Part shown: in pieces, positions 8,696 through 18,776 of the stretch | Layout: each line of letters starts with the position of its first letter | How positions within the stretch are numbered: position 1 is the stretch's first letter | Source of the DNA: an uncultured Oscillospiraceae bacterium | Lineage (GTDB): Bacteria > Bacillota > Clostridia > Oscillospirales > Acutalibacteraceae | Reading direction: 5' to 3' | Assembly (NCBI GenBank): GCA_949292505.1 | Contig: CASFAA010000198.1 | Coordinates: 1-55,906, forward strand | DNA: 55,906 bases | Notes under the pieces: generated by a model | Told to the model about the DNA's origin: nothing | Seen by the model: only the letters and a program-made list of their open reading frames with translations | Database searches by the model: none | Made by a program: the position numbers and the translations under genes

Positions 8696-10444
8696 ATGAA
8701 AAAGTATCGATGGGGTGCTGCGCTTCTTGCGGCCGCTCTGCTTGTCACCACAGCGTTTTCCGGATGCAGCGGGGACACGACGGCAAGCTCCGGGGGAGGG
8801 GCTTCCTCGCAGGCCGACGCCGCAAGCACCGGCGGCACGGAGAGCACGGGAGGCGATTCCGGCTCCGACCTTCCCGTCTGGCAGCAGCCGTTTGAGGAGA
8901 CCGTCAAGCTCGACGTCGTCATCGGCTGGGACTCCGACCCCTCTATTAAGGAGGGCACGACGCCGGAGACGAACGCGCTGCGCACCGTCGCGAAGGATCT
9001 GTTCAACATTGAGCTGAATTTCCTGTGGATGGTGCCGAACGACCAGTATTCCGACAAGCTCGCCATGCAGCTGAGCTCCGGCGAGATTCCGGATATCCTG
9101 ATGCTTGACAGCGCCTACTTCTATGAGTTCCTTGACAGCGGCTATCTGCGCGACCTCACGAGCGCGTATGACGAGTACGCTTCCGATCAGCTCAAGAGTA
9201 CGATCGACTATTTCGGAGACGCCCCGAAGACGTACTCCTCCCGCGACGGCAAGCTTTACGGCGTTCCCGCCCTGCTTGACACCTCCGAGAGCGTCGCCGG
9301 CCTCTACTACCGCTCTGATTGGCTCGAGGCTCTCGATATGGAGGTTCCCACCGACATCGACGGCGTCAACGATATGCTGATCGCGCTGGCGAAGTACGGC
9401 CCCACCGTCAACGGCGGCCAGTCGACCGCGGGCCTCGGCAGCACCTCCACTGTGCTGAACACAAACTTTGCGCTCGCCGCGTACTTCCAGTGCTACGGCT
9501 CGTACCCCAACAAGTGGGTCATGCGCGACGGCCAGCTCGTCAACGGCTTCATGCTCGACGAGACGCTCGACGCGCTCAAGGGCCTCAAGTATCTCTATGA
9601 CAATGGCGGTCTCGCCCCTGATTTCGCCACCTGGAACTCCGATCAGTTCGAGCAGCGCGTGACGAGCGATCAGGTCGCCGCGACCTTCGGCACCTACTAC
9701 ATCGCCGCGTATCCGCTGAACCTGAACAAGGACGCCAATCACGAGGCGGAGTGGGCGGAGATCGATCTCGCCACCCTCGGCGGCAGCTCCAAGGCTGCGA
9801 TGAACCAGGTCAGCATCAATCATTTCAACGTCGTCACGAAGGACGCTCCGGAGTACGCCGAGGCCGCTCTGATGAAGCTGCTCTCGCTGTCCCTCTCCGC
9901 GAACTCCAACTCCACCGACGACAAAACCATTTACAACGGCCTCGATCTTCCCGAGAACGGGGCGTCCATCTTCTTCCTGCCCGTCTATATGTACTTCCCG
10001 ACTCCGTGGGAGCAGTACCGCGAGAACATCTGGGCCGCCTATGAGGCGCAGGATCCCTCCGGCCTGCAGACAGCTGTGGAGCAGGAGTGGTATGGCTACA
10101 TGAACGATTACCTCACCGACGGCAACGACTGCGAGAATCTCGGTACTGCCTGGGGTATGTACAAGAGCCGCCTGAGCGAGGATATGGGCATTGCCATCGG
10201 GCTTTCCACGAAGAACAGCGGCAACTATGAGCCCGCCTACTACTATGGCCCCGCCACCACGACCGAGCAGCGCGTCTCGTCTACGCTCAACGACCTTGCA
10301 GTCTCCTTCATCGTCGAATACATCATGGGTCAGAAGACGGACGCCGACTGGGAGAGCTTCCGCCAGAGCTGGTATGACCTCGGAGGCACCGATTGGACGA
10401 ACGAGGTCAACGAACAGTACAACAGCATCGTCAATCCGCAGTAA
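8696..10444 (+). CDS. Carbohydrate ABC transporter substrate-binding lipoprotein
   Basis: AAGGAGG SD; signal peptide with lipobox FSG-C, Ser/Gly linker, SGEIPDI, DGKLYGVP, YRSDWLEAL. Confidence 0.9.
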   Translation: MKKYRWGAALLAAALLVTTAFSGCSGDTTASSGGGASSQADAASTGGTESTGGDSGSDLPVWQQPFEETVKLDVVIGWDSDPSIKEGTTPETNALRTVAKDLFNIELNFLWMVPNDQYSDKLAMQLSSGEIPDILMLDSAYFYEFLDSGYLRDLTSAYDEYASDQLKSTIDYFGDAPKTYSSRDGKLYGVPALLDTSESVAGLYYRSDWLEALDMEVPTDIDGVNDMLIALAKYGPTVNGGQSTAGLGSTSTVLNTNFALAAYFQCYGSYPNKWVMRDGQLVNGFMLDETLDALKGLKYLYDNGGLAPDFATWNSDQFEQRVTSDQVAATFGTYYIAAYPLNLNKDANHEAEWAEIDLATLGGSSKAAMNQVSINHFNVVTKDAPEYAEAALMKLLSLSLSANSNSTDDKTIYNGLDLPENGASIFFLPVYMYFPTPWEQYRENIWAAYEAQDPSGLQTAVEQEWYGYMNDYLTDGNDCENLGTAWGMYKSRLSEDMGIAIGLSTKNSGNYEPAYYYGPATTTEQRVSSTLNDLAVSFIVEYIMGQKTDADWESFRQSWYDLGGTDWTNEVNEQYNSIVNPQ

Positions 10445-10532
10445 TCGGCAGAAAGCGGGGCGTACCTTCCCAAGAGAGCCAAGGGCCTGAAATCCCTGTA
10501 TATCATACCACGTCAGACATAGGCTTTCAGCA

Positions 10533-10564
10533 GAAGGGCGCCGGCACTTTCACCGGCGCCCTTC
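10533..10564 (+). other. Intercistronic stem-loop after the SBP gene (probable mRNA-stabilising hairpin)
   Basis: GAAGGGCGCCGG-loop-CCGGCGCCCTTC, no U-tract. Confidence 0.55.
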
Positions 10565-10591
10565 GCGCTGCGGGAGAAAGAGAGGCAAATT

Positions 10592-11524
10592 ATGCATAAA
10601 AGTGTTGGAAAGGCAGCCGGTTCCCCGCGCCGGCTCACGATTTTCAAGCGGGAGCTGCCACTGTACATCATGCTGATTCCCGGCGTGGTGTTTGCCCTCG
10701 TGTTCAATTACCTGCCGATGTTCGGCCTCGTCATGGCGTTTCAGGATTTTTCGCCGCTGCGCTCCTTTACGGGATCCGAGTGGGTCGGTATTCGGAATTT
10801 CCAGGATATGCTTGCCCTGCCGACGTTCTGGACGGTTGTACGCAACACGCTGTTCATCTCCGTCATCAAGATCATTCTGCGGCTGCTTGTCCCGCTCATC
10901 CTCGCGCTGCTGCTCAACGAGGTGCTTAACAACGCCTTTAAGCGCACGGCGCAGACGGTCTTCTTCCTGCCTTACTTCCTCTCCTGGGCCGTCATGGGCG
11001 GCGTGCTGCGCGAGCTGTTTGAGTACGACGGCACCGTCAACGCGTTTCTGCAGTCTTTCGGCGTCGACCCTGTCATGTTCCTCGGCAGCAATACCTGGTT
11101 TCCCATCATCATCATCGTCTCAGACGTCTGGAAAGACATGGGCTACAACATGATCATCTTCCTCGCGGCCATCACGAACGTCGATCCGGCGCTTAATGAA
11201 TCCGCCGCTCTCGACGGCGCGAGCCGCTGGCAGCAGATCTGGCACATCACGCTCCCGACCATCCGTCCCATCGTCGTGATGCTGCTTGTGCTCTCGCTCG
11301 GCAGCGTTCTGAGCGCCGGCCAGGAGCAGATCATGCTGCTGTATAATCCGATGGTGTACGAGAGCTCCGACATCATCGACACGCTCGTCTACCGCCTCGG
11401 CCTCGTGAACCACCAGTGGTCGCTCTCAGCCGCCGTCGGTATGATGAAATCGGTAATCTCGTTCCTGCTCGTCGTGGTCTCCTACCGGATTGCGACGAAG
11501 TATTTTGACTATCAGGTATTCTGA
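10592..11524 (+). CDS. Carbohydrate ABC transporter permease (LplB-like)
   Basis: FNYLPMFGLVMAFQDF, LPYFLSW, EAA loop ESAALDGASRWQQIWHITLP. Confidence 0.92.
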   Translation: MHKSVGKAAGSPRRLTIFKRELPLYIMLIPGVVFALVFNYLPMFGLVMAFQDFSPLRSFTGSEWVGIRNFQDMLALPTFWTVVRNTLFISVIKIILRLLVPLILALLLNEVLNNAFKRTAQTVFFLPYFLSWAVMGGVLRELFEYDGTVNAFLQSFGVDPVMFLGSNTWFPIIIIVSDVWKDMGYNMIIFLAAITNVDPALNESAALDGASRWQQIWHITLPTIRPIVVMLLVLSLGSVLSAGQEQIMLLYNPMVYESSDIIDTLVYRLGLVNHQWSLSAAVGMMKSVISFLLVVVSYRIATKYFDYQVF

Positions 11525-11539
11525 GAGGAGGGAAAAGCC

Positions 11540-12424
11540 ATGACGCACAGAAAATTTTCGGCATTTCATTTTGTCAACTATTTCCTTCTGACCCTCCTCA
11601 TCGTCATCTGCATCATCCCGATTCTCCATGTGATTGCGCTTTCCTTCTCGCAGAAGATTGAGGCTGTCGCCGGCCACGTCGGCTTGATTCCTGTCGGCTT
11701 TAATCTGGAGGCGTACCGCTATGTGATGGAAGACTCGCAGTTCTGGACGTCCCTCGGCGTGACGCTGCTGCGCGTCGTCATCGGCGTCCCCGTGAACATT
11801 TTCCTCTGCGTGATGACGGCCTATCCGCTCTCAAAGAGCAACAGCCGCTTCCACGCGCGCACTGTCTTCTCCTGGTTTTTCGTCTTCACGATGCTCTTCA
11901 ACGGCGGACAGATCCCGCTTTACATGGTCATCAGCAAGCTCGGCATGATCAACACCATCTGGGCGCTGACGCTCCCCGGCGCGATGAACGTTTCCTACAT
12001 GATTCTGATGCTCAATTTCTTCCGGGGCATCCCGACGGAGGTGGAGGACGCCGCCATCATCGACGGCGCGAGTCAGATCAAGGTGCTGTTCCGCGTATTC
12101 CTGCCGATGTCTCTGCCGTCGCTTGCGACCATTATCCTGTTTGCGACCGTCGCGAACTGGAACGTCTGGATGGACGGCTACATCTACATGAACACGCCCG
12201 ACAAGTACCCCCTGCAGACGTACCTCGCGACAAAGCTCATGGAGTCGAAGAACAACGTCGAGACGCTCATGACGCCTGAGCAGCTCGCGCGCATGGAGCT
12301 CGTCAGCGAGAAGACGATCGAGGCCGCGCAGATTTTCCTCGCGGCGCTGCCCATCATGTGCGTCTATCCGTTCCTGCAGAAGTACTACATTAAGGGCATT
12401 GTCGTCGGCAGCGTCAAGGGATGA
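11540..12424 (+). CDS. Carbohydrate ABC transporter permease (LplC-like)
   Basis: AYPLSK, TMLFNGG, EDAAIIDGAS, YPFLQKYY.KGI..GSVKG. Confidence 0.92.
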   Translation: MTHRKFSAFHFVNYFLLTLLIVICIIPILHVIALSFSQKIEAVAGHVGLIPVGFNLEAYRYVMEDSQFWTSLGVTLLRVVIGVPVNIFLCVMTAYPLSKSNSRFHARTVFSWFFVFTMLFNGGQIPLYMVISKLGMINTIWALTLPGAMNVSYMILMLNFFRGIPTEVEDAAIIDGASQIKVLFRVFLPMSLPSLATIILFATVANWNVWMDGYIYMNTPDKYPLQTYLATKLMESKNNVETLMTPEQLARMELVSEKTIEAAQIFLAALPIMCVYPFLQKYYIKGIVVGSVKG

Positions 12425-12428
12425 CGCA

Positions 12429-13004
12429 ATGAACCGTATTTCGATTGCCACAGCCCCCTGGGGAGGCGCATACCGTCCCGCGGCTTTCGCCGTCCTCACC
12501 TGGGAACCCGAGGCGCTTGTCTTTGCGCTTTCCTCTGCGGAAGCCGAACCAGCCGCCCGTTTTCGGGAGACCAACAGCCCGGTCTATCTCGACAGCTGCC
12601 TCGAGGTCTTTCTCCGTCCCTGGCCGGAACGCCCGGAGTACCTGAACTTTGAGATGAATGCAAACGGCGCGCTGCTGCTGCAGATTGGCGCTGCCGGGCC
12701 GGGCAGGCGGTTCCTGTTTGCGGAAGAGTTCCCCGGCTGCTGGCCTTCCGTTTCCGCGTTCCGGGAGAGGGGAGGCTGGGGCGTCAGGCTCCGGGTTCCT
12801 TTCACGTTTCTTCGGGCTGCGCTGCGCATCGATGCAAAGCCCGATCCGGAAGCCATGTGCGGCAACTTCTATAAGTGCGGGGAGAACCCGCCGCACTTTC
12901 TCTGCTGGGCTCCGGTCGATACCCTGTGGCCGGATTTCCACCGTCCCGCGAGCTTTGCACCGCTGAGAGGAATGTGGAATGCGCCAGAGCAGGACGAACC
13001 CTGA
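12429..13004 (+). CDS. Carbohydrate-binding family 9-like (DOMON-like) protein
   Basis: DSCLEVF, YLNFEMNANG, GNFYKCG, DFHRP motifs; no signal peptide. Confidence 0.7.
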   Translation: MNRISIATAPWGGAYRPAAFAVLTWEPEALVFALSSAEAEPAARFRETNSPVYLDSCLEVFLRPWPERPEYLNFEMNANGALLLQIGAAGPGRRFLFAEEFPGCWPSVSAFRERGGWGVRLRVPFTFLRAALRIDAKPDPEAMCGNFYKCGENPPHFLCWAPVDTLWPDFHRPASFAPLRGMWNAPEQDEP

Positions 13005-13017
13005 AATAACGAACCGT

Positions 13018-13052
13018 AAGGACGGCGCGGCTTTGGCTGCGCCGTCCTTTTT
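13018..13052 (+). terminator. Intrinsic terminator
   Basis: AAGGACGGCGC...GCGCCGTCCTT followed by U-tract. Confidence 0.8.
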
Positions 13053-13085
13053 GCGCGTTTTCCCGTCCTTTTCCGCAATCTCCTG

Positions 13086-13114
13086 TTGCCTGACGGGCAA
13101 ATCGATGCTACAAT
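13086..13114 (+). promoter_or_regulatory. SigA-like promoter of azlC
   Basis: TTGCCT-17-TACAAT with TG extension. Confidence 0.6.
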
Positions 13115-13140
13115 GAAATACCGGAAGGAAAGGGAGAACC

Positions 13141-13851
13141 ATGCAGCAAAAGGGAATGCGCCTCAGGGCGCTCAAAGCAGCCTTTCCCCTCACCGTCCCC
13201 ATTTTTGCGGGGTTCTGGTTCCTGGGACTGGCGTACGGCATCTTCATGAATGTTTCCGGGTTCGGCTTCTGGTATCCGATGCTGATGAGCCTCGTCATCT
13301 TCGGCGGATCGCTCGAATTTGTGGCGGTGACGATGCTCCTCGGAGCCTTCGCGCCGCTGCAGACGCTCGCAATGGCGCTGATCCTGCAGGCGCGCCACCT
13401 GTTTTACGGCGTCGCGATGCTTGAGAAATACCGTGGTCTCGGCTGGAAAAAACCCTACCTCATCTTCGGCCTGTGCGACGAGACCTTCTCGATCAACTGC
13501 ACGGCAGAGATTCCGGAGGGCGTCGACAGAGGGTGGTTTTACTTTTTCGTCACCCTCCTCAACCACCTCTACTGGGTTACCGGCTCGACAATCGGCGGCC
13601 TCGTCGGCTCGCTCCTCTCGTTTGACACGGAGGGGATCGAGTTCGTGATGACGGCGATGTTCGTCGTCATCTTCCTCGAGCAGTGGAAGAAGGAAAAAAA
13701 GCATGACTCGGCCCTCCTCGGGCTCGGCGCTTCGGTGCTGTGCCTGCTGATATTCGGGGCGGACTCGTTCATCATCCCGTCGATGGCGTGCGTGCTCCTG
13801 CTGCTCACCGCGCTGCGCCGCCCGATTGAGAGGAGGTGCGGTCTGCTGTGA
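13141..13851 (+). CDS. azlC: AzlC family branched-chain amino acid exporter, large subunit
   Basis: [50 protein letters not shown]. Confidence 0.9.
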   Translation: MQQKGMRLRALKAAFPLTVPIFAGFWFLGLAYGIFMNVSGFGFWYPMLMSLVIFGGSLEFVAVTMLLGAFAPLQTLAMALILQARHLFYGVAMLEKYRGLGWKKPYLIFGLCDETFSINCTAEIPEGVDRGWFYFFVTLLNHLYWVTGSTIGGLVGSLLSFDTEGIEFVMTAMFVVIFLEQWKKEKKHDSALLGLGASVLCLLIFGADSFIIPSMACVLLLLTALRRPIERRCGLL

Positions 13852-14174
13852 CGATGCTCGAACAGGCCGTCACCATCGCCCTGTGCGCGCTCGGGACGAT
13901 GGCGGCGCGCTTTCTTCCGTTCCTCGCGTTTTCGGAGAAGCGCCGGACGCCCCAATATGTGCGGTACCTCGGCAGAGCGCTGCCCGGCGCGGTGTTTGCG
14001 CTTCTCGTCGTCTACTGCCTGCGCGATGTGAACGTTCTTGCGGGAAGCCACGGCATCCCGGAGGCAGCCGCTATCGCCGTCACGGCGCTGCTGCACCTGT
14101 GGAAACGTCAGATGCTGCTCTCGATAGCGGGCGGGACGGTTTTCTACATGATATTGATCCAGGTATTTTGCTGA
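13848..14174 (+). CDS. azlD: AzlD family branched-chain amino acid exporter, small subunit
   Basis: RFLPF, YLG..LP.A...[22 protein letters not shown]; GTGA overlap with azlC. Confidence 0.88.
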   Translation: MTMLEQAVTIALCALGTMAARFLPFLAFSEKRRTPQYVRYLGRALPGAVFALLVVYCLRDVNVLAGSHGIPEAAAIAVTALLHLWKRQMLLSIAGGTVFYMILIQVFC

Positions 14175-14229
14175 GAGGGGAGGCCGCCCGTGCGGCCGCT
14201 CAATTTGAAAGGGAAGAGGAATTCGCACC

Positions 14230-16578
14230 ATGACGCTCAAGGAACTCAAGGCGGGAAAGACCGCCAGCATTCTCACGGTCGGCGGGGAAGGGGCGCTTCG
14301 CCAGCACTTCCTCGATATGGGGCTCATCCCCGGCGCGGAGGTCACGATGGTCAAGCTCGCGCCGATGGGCGACCCAATGGAGCTCAAGATCCACGGCTAT
14401 GAGCTGACGCTCCGCCTTGCGGACGCGGAGAAGATCGAGATTTCCCTCCTCGACGCGGCGACGCAGGAGGAGGAGAGGAAGCCCGTGCGCGGCACGCCGC
14501 ACCCGGGCCTTGGCGAGGGAGGCAAGTACCACGTTAAGACGGGGGAGAATCCCCTGCCGGACAGCGTCGTGCTCACCTTCGCCCTTGCGGGCAACCAGAA
14601 CTGCGGCAAGACGACGGTCTTTAACCGTCTCACCGGCTCAAACCAGCACGTCGGCAATTTCCCCGGCGTCACCGTCGATCGGAAGGACGGCGTTATCCGC
14701 GATCACCCCGGCACGCTCGTCACCGACCTGCCGGGCATTTACTCGATGTCTCCTTACAGCAATGAGGAGATCGTTACGCGTGAGTTCATCCTCCGCGAAA
14801 AGCCGAAGGGCATTATCAACGTGGTCGACGCCTCCAACATCGAGCGCAACCTGTATCTCACGCTCCAGCTCATGGAGCTGGATGTTCCCATGGTGCTCGC
14901 CCTCAATATGATGGATGAGGTGCGCGAGAACGGCGGCTCTGTGCTCATCAACGAAATGGAGCGTCTCCTCGGTATCCCGGTCATCCCGATCTCCGCAGCG
15001 AAGAACGAGGGCATCGACGAGGTCGTCAGCCACGCGATCCACGTCGCGAAGTACCAGGAAAAGCCCGGCCGCGTCGACTTCTGCAGCGCCGACGACGTCG
15101 GCAGCGCCGTCCACCGCTGTATTCACGCCATCATGCACCTCATTGAGGATCACGCGAAGGACGCCGGGATTCCGGTGCGCTTTGCGGCCTCGAAGCTCGC
15201 CGAGGGAGACGAGCTCATCCTCTCGCAGCTCAACCTCGACGACAACGAGAAGGAGATGCTGCGCCACATCATTGTGCAGATGGAGAAGGAGCGCGGCCTT
15301 GACTGCGCCGCCGCCATCGCTGATATGCGCTTCCGCTTTATCCGGCGCGTCTGCAGCGCCGCCGTCATCAAGCCGAAGGAGAGCCGCGAGCACGCCCGCA
15401 GCCGCCGGATGGACAAGGTGCTCACCGGAAAATATACGGCGATTCCCGCCTTTATCGCCATCATGGGGCTGGTTTTCTGGCTGACCTTCAACGTCATCGG
15501 GGAATGGCTTTCGGGCCTGCTTGAGATGGGGATCGACTGGCTGACGGGCGTCGTCGACGCGGGCATGACGGCGGCGGGCGTCAATCCCGTGCTCCACTCG
15601 CTCGTGATAGACGGCATCTTCAGCGGCGTCGGCAGCGTGCTGAGCTTTCTGCCGATTATCGTGACGCTGTTCTTCTTCCTCTCGATGCTCGAGGACAGCG
15701 GCTACATGGCGCGCGTCGCGTTTGTGATGGACAAGCTCCTGCGCAAAATCGGCCTCTCCGGGCGCAGCATCGTGCCGATGCTCGTCGGCTTCGGCTGCAC
15801 CGTTCCGGGCGTCATGGCGAGCCGCACGCTTTCCTCGGAGCGCGACCGCAAGATGACCATCCTCCTTACGCCGTTCATGAGCTGCTCTGCGAAACTGCCG
15901 ATCTACGGCTTTTTCGCCGCCGCCTTTTTCCCTGATTACGCCGGTCTTGTAATGGTCGGTCTGTATGTGCTCGGCATCCTGATGGGCATCCTCGCCGCGC
16001 TGGTGATGAAGGGGAGCCTCTTTAAGGGCGAGCCCGTCCCGTTCGTCATGGAGCTGCCGAATTACAGAATGCCCGGCGCGAAGAACGTCGCCCTCCTGCT
16101 TTGGGATAAGGCGAAGGACTTCCTCCAGCGGGCCTTCACCGTGATTTTCGCCGCGACCATCGTCATCTGGTTTCTGCAGACGTTCGACCTGCAGTTTAAC
16201 CTCGTCACGGACTCTCAGCAGAGCATTCTTGCCTCCGTCGCCGGCCTGATTGCGCCGATCTTTACGCCTCTCGGCTTCGGCGACTGGCGCTTCTCGACTG
16301 CGCTGATCACCGGCTTCATGGCGAAGGAAAGCGTCGTGGCGACGCTGTCCGTCCTGATTCCGAGCACGGACGCCATCACCTCTGTCCTGTCGCCGCTCGG
16401 AGCCGCGTCGTTGCTCGTCTTCTGCCTGCTGTACACGCCGTGCGTCGCCGCGATTGCCTCGGTGCGCCGCGAGCTCGGCGGAAAATGGGCGCTTGCCGTC
16501 GCGGCGGGGCAGTGCGTTGTCGCGTGGTTTGCCGCCCTGCTTGTGCATCTGATCGGAGCCGTTTTCCTTCTCGCTTGA
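14230..16578 (+). CDS. feoB: Ferrous iron transporter, FeoA-FeoB fusion
   Basis: N-terminal FeoA (LDMGLIPGAEV..VKLAPMGDP); GNQNCGKT, VGNFPGVTV, DLPG, NMMD; LEDSGYMAR, GFGCTVP. Confidence 0.95.
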   Translation: MTLKELKAGKTASILTVGGEGALRQHFLDMGLIPGAEVTMVKLAPMGDPMELKIHGYELTLRLADAEKIEISLLDAATQEEERKPVRGTPHPGLGEGGKYHVKTGENPLPDSVVLTFALAGNQNCGKTTVFNRLTGSNQHVGNFPGVTVDRKDGVIRDHPGTLVTDLPGIYSMSPYSNEEIVTREFILREKPKGIINVVDASNIERNLYLTLQLMELDVPMVLALNMMDEVRENGGSVLINEMERLLGIPVIPISAAKNEGIDEVVSHAIHVAKYQEKPGRVDFCSADDVGSAVHRCIHAIMHLIEDHAKDAGIPVRFAASKLAEGDELILSQLNLDDNEKEMLRHIIVQMEKERGLDCAAAIADMRFRFIRRVCSAAVIKPKESREHARSRRMDKVLTGKYTAIPAFIAIMGLVFWLTFNVIGEWLSGLLEMGIDWLTGVVDAGMTAAGVNPVLHSLVIDGIFSGVGSVLSFLPIIVTLFFFLSMLEDSGYMARVAFVMDKLLRKIGLSGRSIVPMLVGFGCTVPGVMASRTLSSERDRKMTILLTPFMSCSAKLPIYGFFAAAFFPDYAGLVMVGLYVLGILMGILAALVMKGSLFKGEPVPFVMELPNYRMPGAKNVALLLWDKAKDFLQRAFTVIFAATIVIWFLQTFDLQFNLVTDSQQSILASVAGLIAPIFTPLGFGDWRFSTALITGFMAKESVVATLSVLIPSTDAITSVLSPLGAASLLVFCLLYTPCVAAIASVRRELGGKWALAVAAGQCVVAWFAALLVHLIGAVFLLA

Positions 16579-16663
16579 GGGAAATTCATTCCCGGGCGCA
16601 TGAATAACCGGCCGCCGGAATATGACTAAAGTATAAAACTTGCCTCCCTTAGATGGATTTTCC

Positions 16664-16692
16664 TTTACTTTGGCGGTCGCATATTGTAAAAT
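16664..16692 (+). promoter_or_regulatory. SigA-like promoter of pyrH
   Basis: TTTACT-17-TAAAAT. Confidence 0.45.
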
Positions 16693-16782
16693 ATAACGGA
16701 AGAAAAATAACCTCCGGCGGAGAATGGGGCGCCGGCCGTGCGGGCCGCGCGTTTCCCGCCGGGGAAGGTAGGGGTGTTAATC

Positions 16783-17493
16783 TTGGAGCCAAAGTATCAT
16801 CGCGTCCTTTTGAAGCTCAGCGGAGAATCGCTTGCCGGCAGCCAGAAGCACGGAATCGACTTTGACACGGTGCTTTCCATCTGCGAGCCGATCAAGAAAT
16901 GCGTGGACATGGGCGTGCAGATTGCCGTCGTCGTCGGCGGCGGGAATTTCTGGCGCGGCCGCAGCAGCGGAAAGATGGACAGAACCCGCGCGGATCACAT
17001 GGGAATGCTGGCCACCACCATCAACGCGCTCGGCGTCGCCGACGCGCTTGAGCAGCTCGACGTTCCGGTGCGCGTGCAGACGGCGATCTCCATGCAGGAG
17101 ATCGCGGAGCCCTATATCCGCAACCGCGCCGTCCGCCACCTCGAGAAGGGGCGCGTCGTCGTTTTCGGCTGCGGCACCGGCAATCCGTTCTTCTCCACCG
17201 ATACGGCGGCTGCCTTGCGCGCCGCTGAGATCGACGCGGACGTCATCATGAAGGCCACGATGGTCGACGGCGTCTACGACAGCGATCCCAAGAAGAATCC
17301 CAACGCGGTCAAGTACGACACCCTCAGCTTCATGGAGGTGCTGAGCAAGAACCTTCAGGTGATGGACGGTACGGCCGCCACGCTCTGCCGCGACAACGGC
17401 ATCGCAATTCTCGTGTTCAACATCGATCACCCCGACAATATTGTAAAGGCTATCTGCGGCGAGCCCGTCGGAACCATTGTGAAGGAGGCATGA
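16783..17493 (+). CDS. pyrH: UMP kinase
   Basis: [36 protein letters not shown]; probable TTG start. Confidence 0.97.
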   Translation: MEPKYHRVLLKLSGESLAGSQKHGIDFDTVLSICEPIKKCVDMGVQIAVVVGGGNFWRGRSSGKMDRTRADHMGMLATTINALGVADALEQLDVPVRVQTAISMQEIAEPYIRNRAVRHLEKGRVVVFGCGTGNPFFSTDTAAALRAAEIDADVIMKATMVDGVYDSDPKKNPNAVKYDTLSFMEVLSKNLQVMDGTAATLCRDNGIAILVFNIDHPDNIVKAICGEPVGTIVKEA

Positions 17494-17496
17494 ACC

Positions 17497-18051
17497 ATGC
17501 AGGAAATTCTGAAAAAAGCTGAAGACCATATGAAAAAAACCATCTCCGTTCTGCAGGGAGATTACGCGGCCATCCGCGCCGGACGCGCGAACCCCGCTGT
17601 TCTTGATAAGCTCCGCGTCGATTACTATGGTACGCCGACGGCTATCAACCAGCTCGCGGCCGTGTCCGTCGCCGAGGCGCGCGTGCTGACGATCCAGCCG
17701 TGGGACGCCTCCGTCTGCCGTGCGATCGAGAAGGCCATCCAGACCTCCGACATCGGCATTAACCCGCAGAGCGACGGCAAGATCATCCGCATTACCTTCC
17801 CGCAGCTCACCGAGGATCGCAGAAAGGAGCTCGCGAAGGAGATCTCCAAAATGGCCGAGGAGTCGAAGGTTGCCGTGCGCAACATCCGCCGCGAGGCCAT
17901 GGATAAGCTCAAGGTCAAGAAGAAGGCCGGCGAGCTGACTGAGGACGACCTTAAGCAGGCCGAGAAAAAGACCCAGGATCTCACCGACAAGTACTGCAAG
18001 GAGATCGAGTCGGTCGAGGCCAAGAAGAAGAAAGAGATCATGGAGATCTAA
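17497..18051 (+). CDS. frr: Ribosome recycling factor
   Basis: IRAGRANP, VDYYG, LTEDRRKEL, VAVRNIRR. Confidence 0.97.
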   Translation: MQEILKKAEDHMKKTISVLQGDYAAIRAGRANPAVLDKLRVDYYGTPTAINQLAAVSVAEARVLTIQPWDASVCRAIEKAIQTSDIGINPQSDGKIIRITFPQLTEDRRKELAKEISKMAEESKVAVRNIRREAMDKLKVKKKAGELTEDDLKQAEKKTQDLTDKYCKEIESVEAKKKKEIMEI

Positions 18052-18058
18052 GGCGGCC

Positions 18059-18775
18059 ATGAAAGACGAACTGCCGCAGCTTCTTCCTGCGCATCTTGGC
18101 ATCATCATGGACGGCAACGGCCGGTGGGCGAAGCGGCGCGGGCTTCCGCGCTCCGCCGGACACGCGGCCGGGGCTGCCAATTTCAAAAAGATCACGCGCT
18201 ACTGCTCGAAGATCGGCATCCGCTACCTGACGGTATACGCCTTCTCCACGGAGAACTGGACGCGTCCGGCGGAGGAGGTCTCCGCGCTGATGACGCTGTT
18301 CCGCAAATACCTCGAGGAGGCGCTGCGCGATTTCCGCGACGACGACATCGTGGTGCGCTTTCTCGGCGACACCGCGGCGTTCCCCCCGGAGCTGCAGACG
18401 CTGATCCGCGAGACGGAGGAGATCTCCGCCGCGCGGACGGGGATGGTGCTCAACATCGCGATGAACTACGGAGGCCGCGCCGAGCTCGTGCGGGCCGTGC
18501 GTTCCATCGCGGAGCGGGTTCGGTCGGGGGAGCTTGCCCCGGACGCTATCACGGATGAGACGGTTTCCTCCGCGCTTTACACGGCGGGTCAGCCGGATCC
18601 GGATCTCATCATCCGCCCCAGCGGGGAGCACCGCACCAGTAATTTTCTCCTGTGGCAGTCCGCGTACGCGGAATATGTCATCATGGATGTTCTGTGGCCG
18701 GACTTTGGTCCGGACGATCTCAATGCCGCTTTGCGGGAATACGCGAACCGCAGCCGGCGCTTTGGAGGAGTTTAG
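18059..18775 (+). CDS. uppS: Undecaprenyl diphosphate synthase
   Basis: HLGIIMDGNGRWA, YAFSTENW, NYGGR, DLIIRPSGE.R.SNFLLWQ, RRFGG. Confidence 0.97.
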   Translation: MKDELPQLLPAHLGIIMDGNGRWAKRRGLPRSAGHAAGAANFKKITRYCSKIGIRYLTVYAFSTENWTRPAEEVSALMTLFRKYLEEALRDFRDDDIVVRFLGDTAAFPPELQTLIRETEEISAARTGMVLNIAMNYGGRAELVRAVRSIAERVRSGELAPDAITDETVSSALYTAGQPDPDLIIRPSGEHRTSNFLLWQSAYAEYVIMDVLWPDFGPDDLNAALREYANRSRRFGGV

Positions 18776-18776
18776 T

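Noticed and set aside
13018-13052. Shared AAGGACGGCG...CGCCGTCCTTTTTGC arms with the 41531-41571 hairpin as a REP/MITE family
   Set aside because: Only two short copies with different loops and no target duplications; adequately explained as terminators
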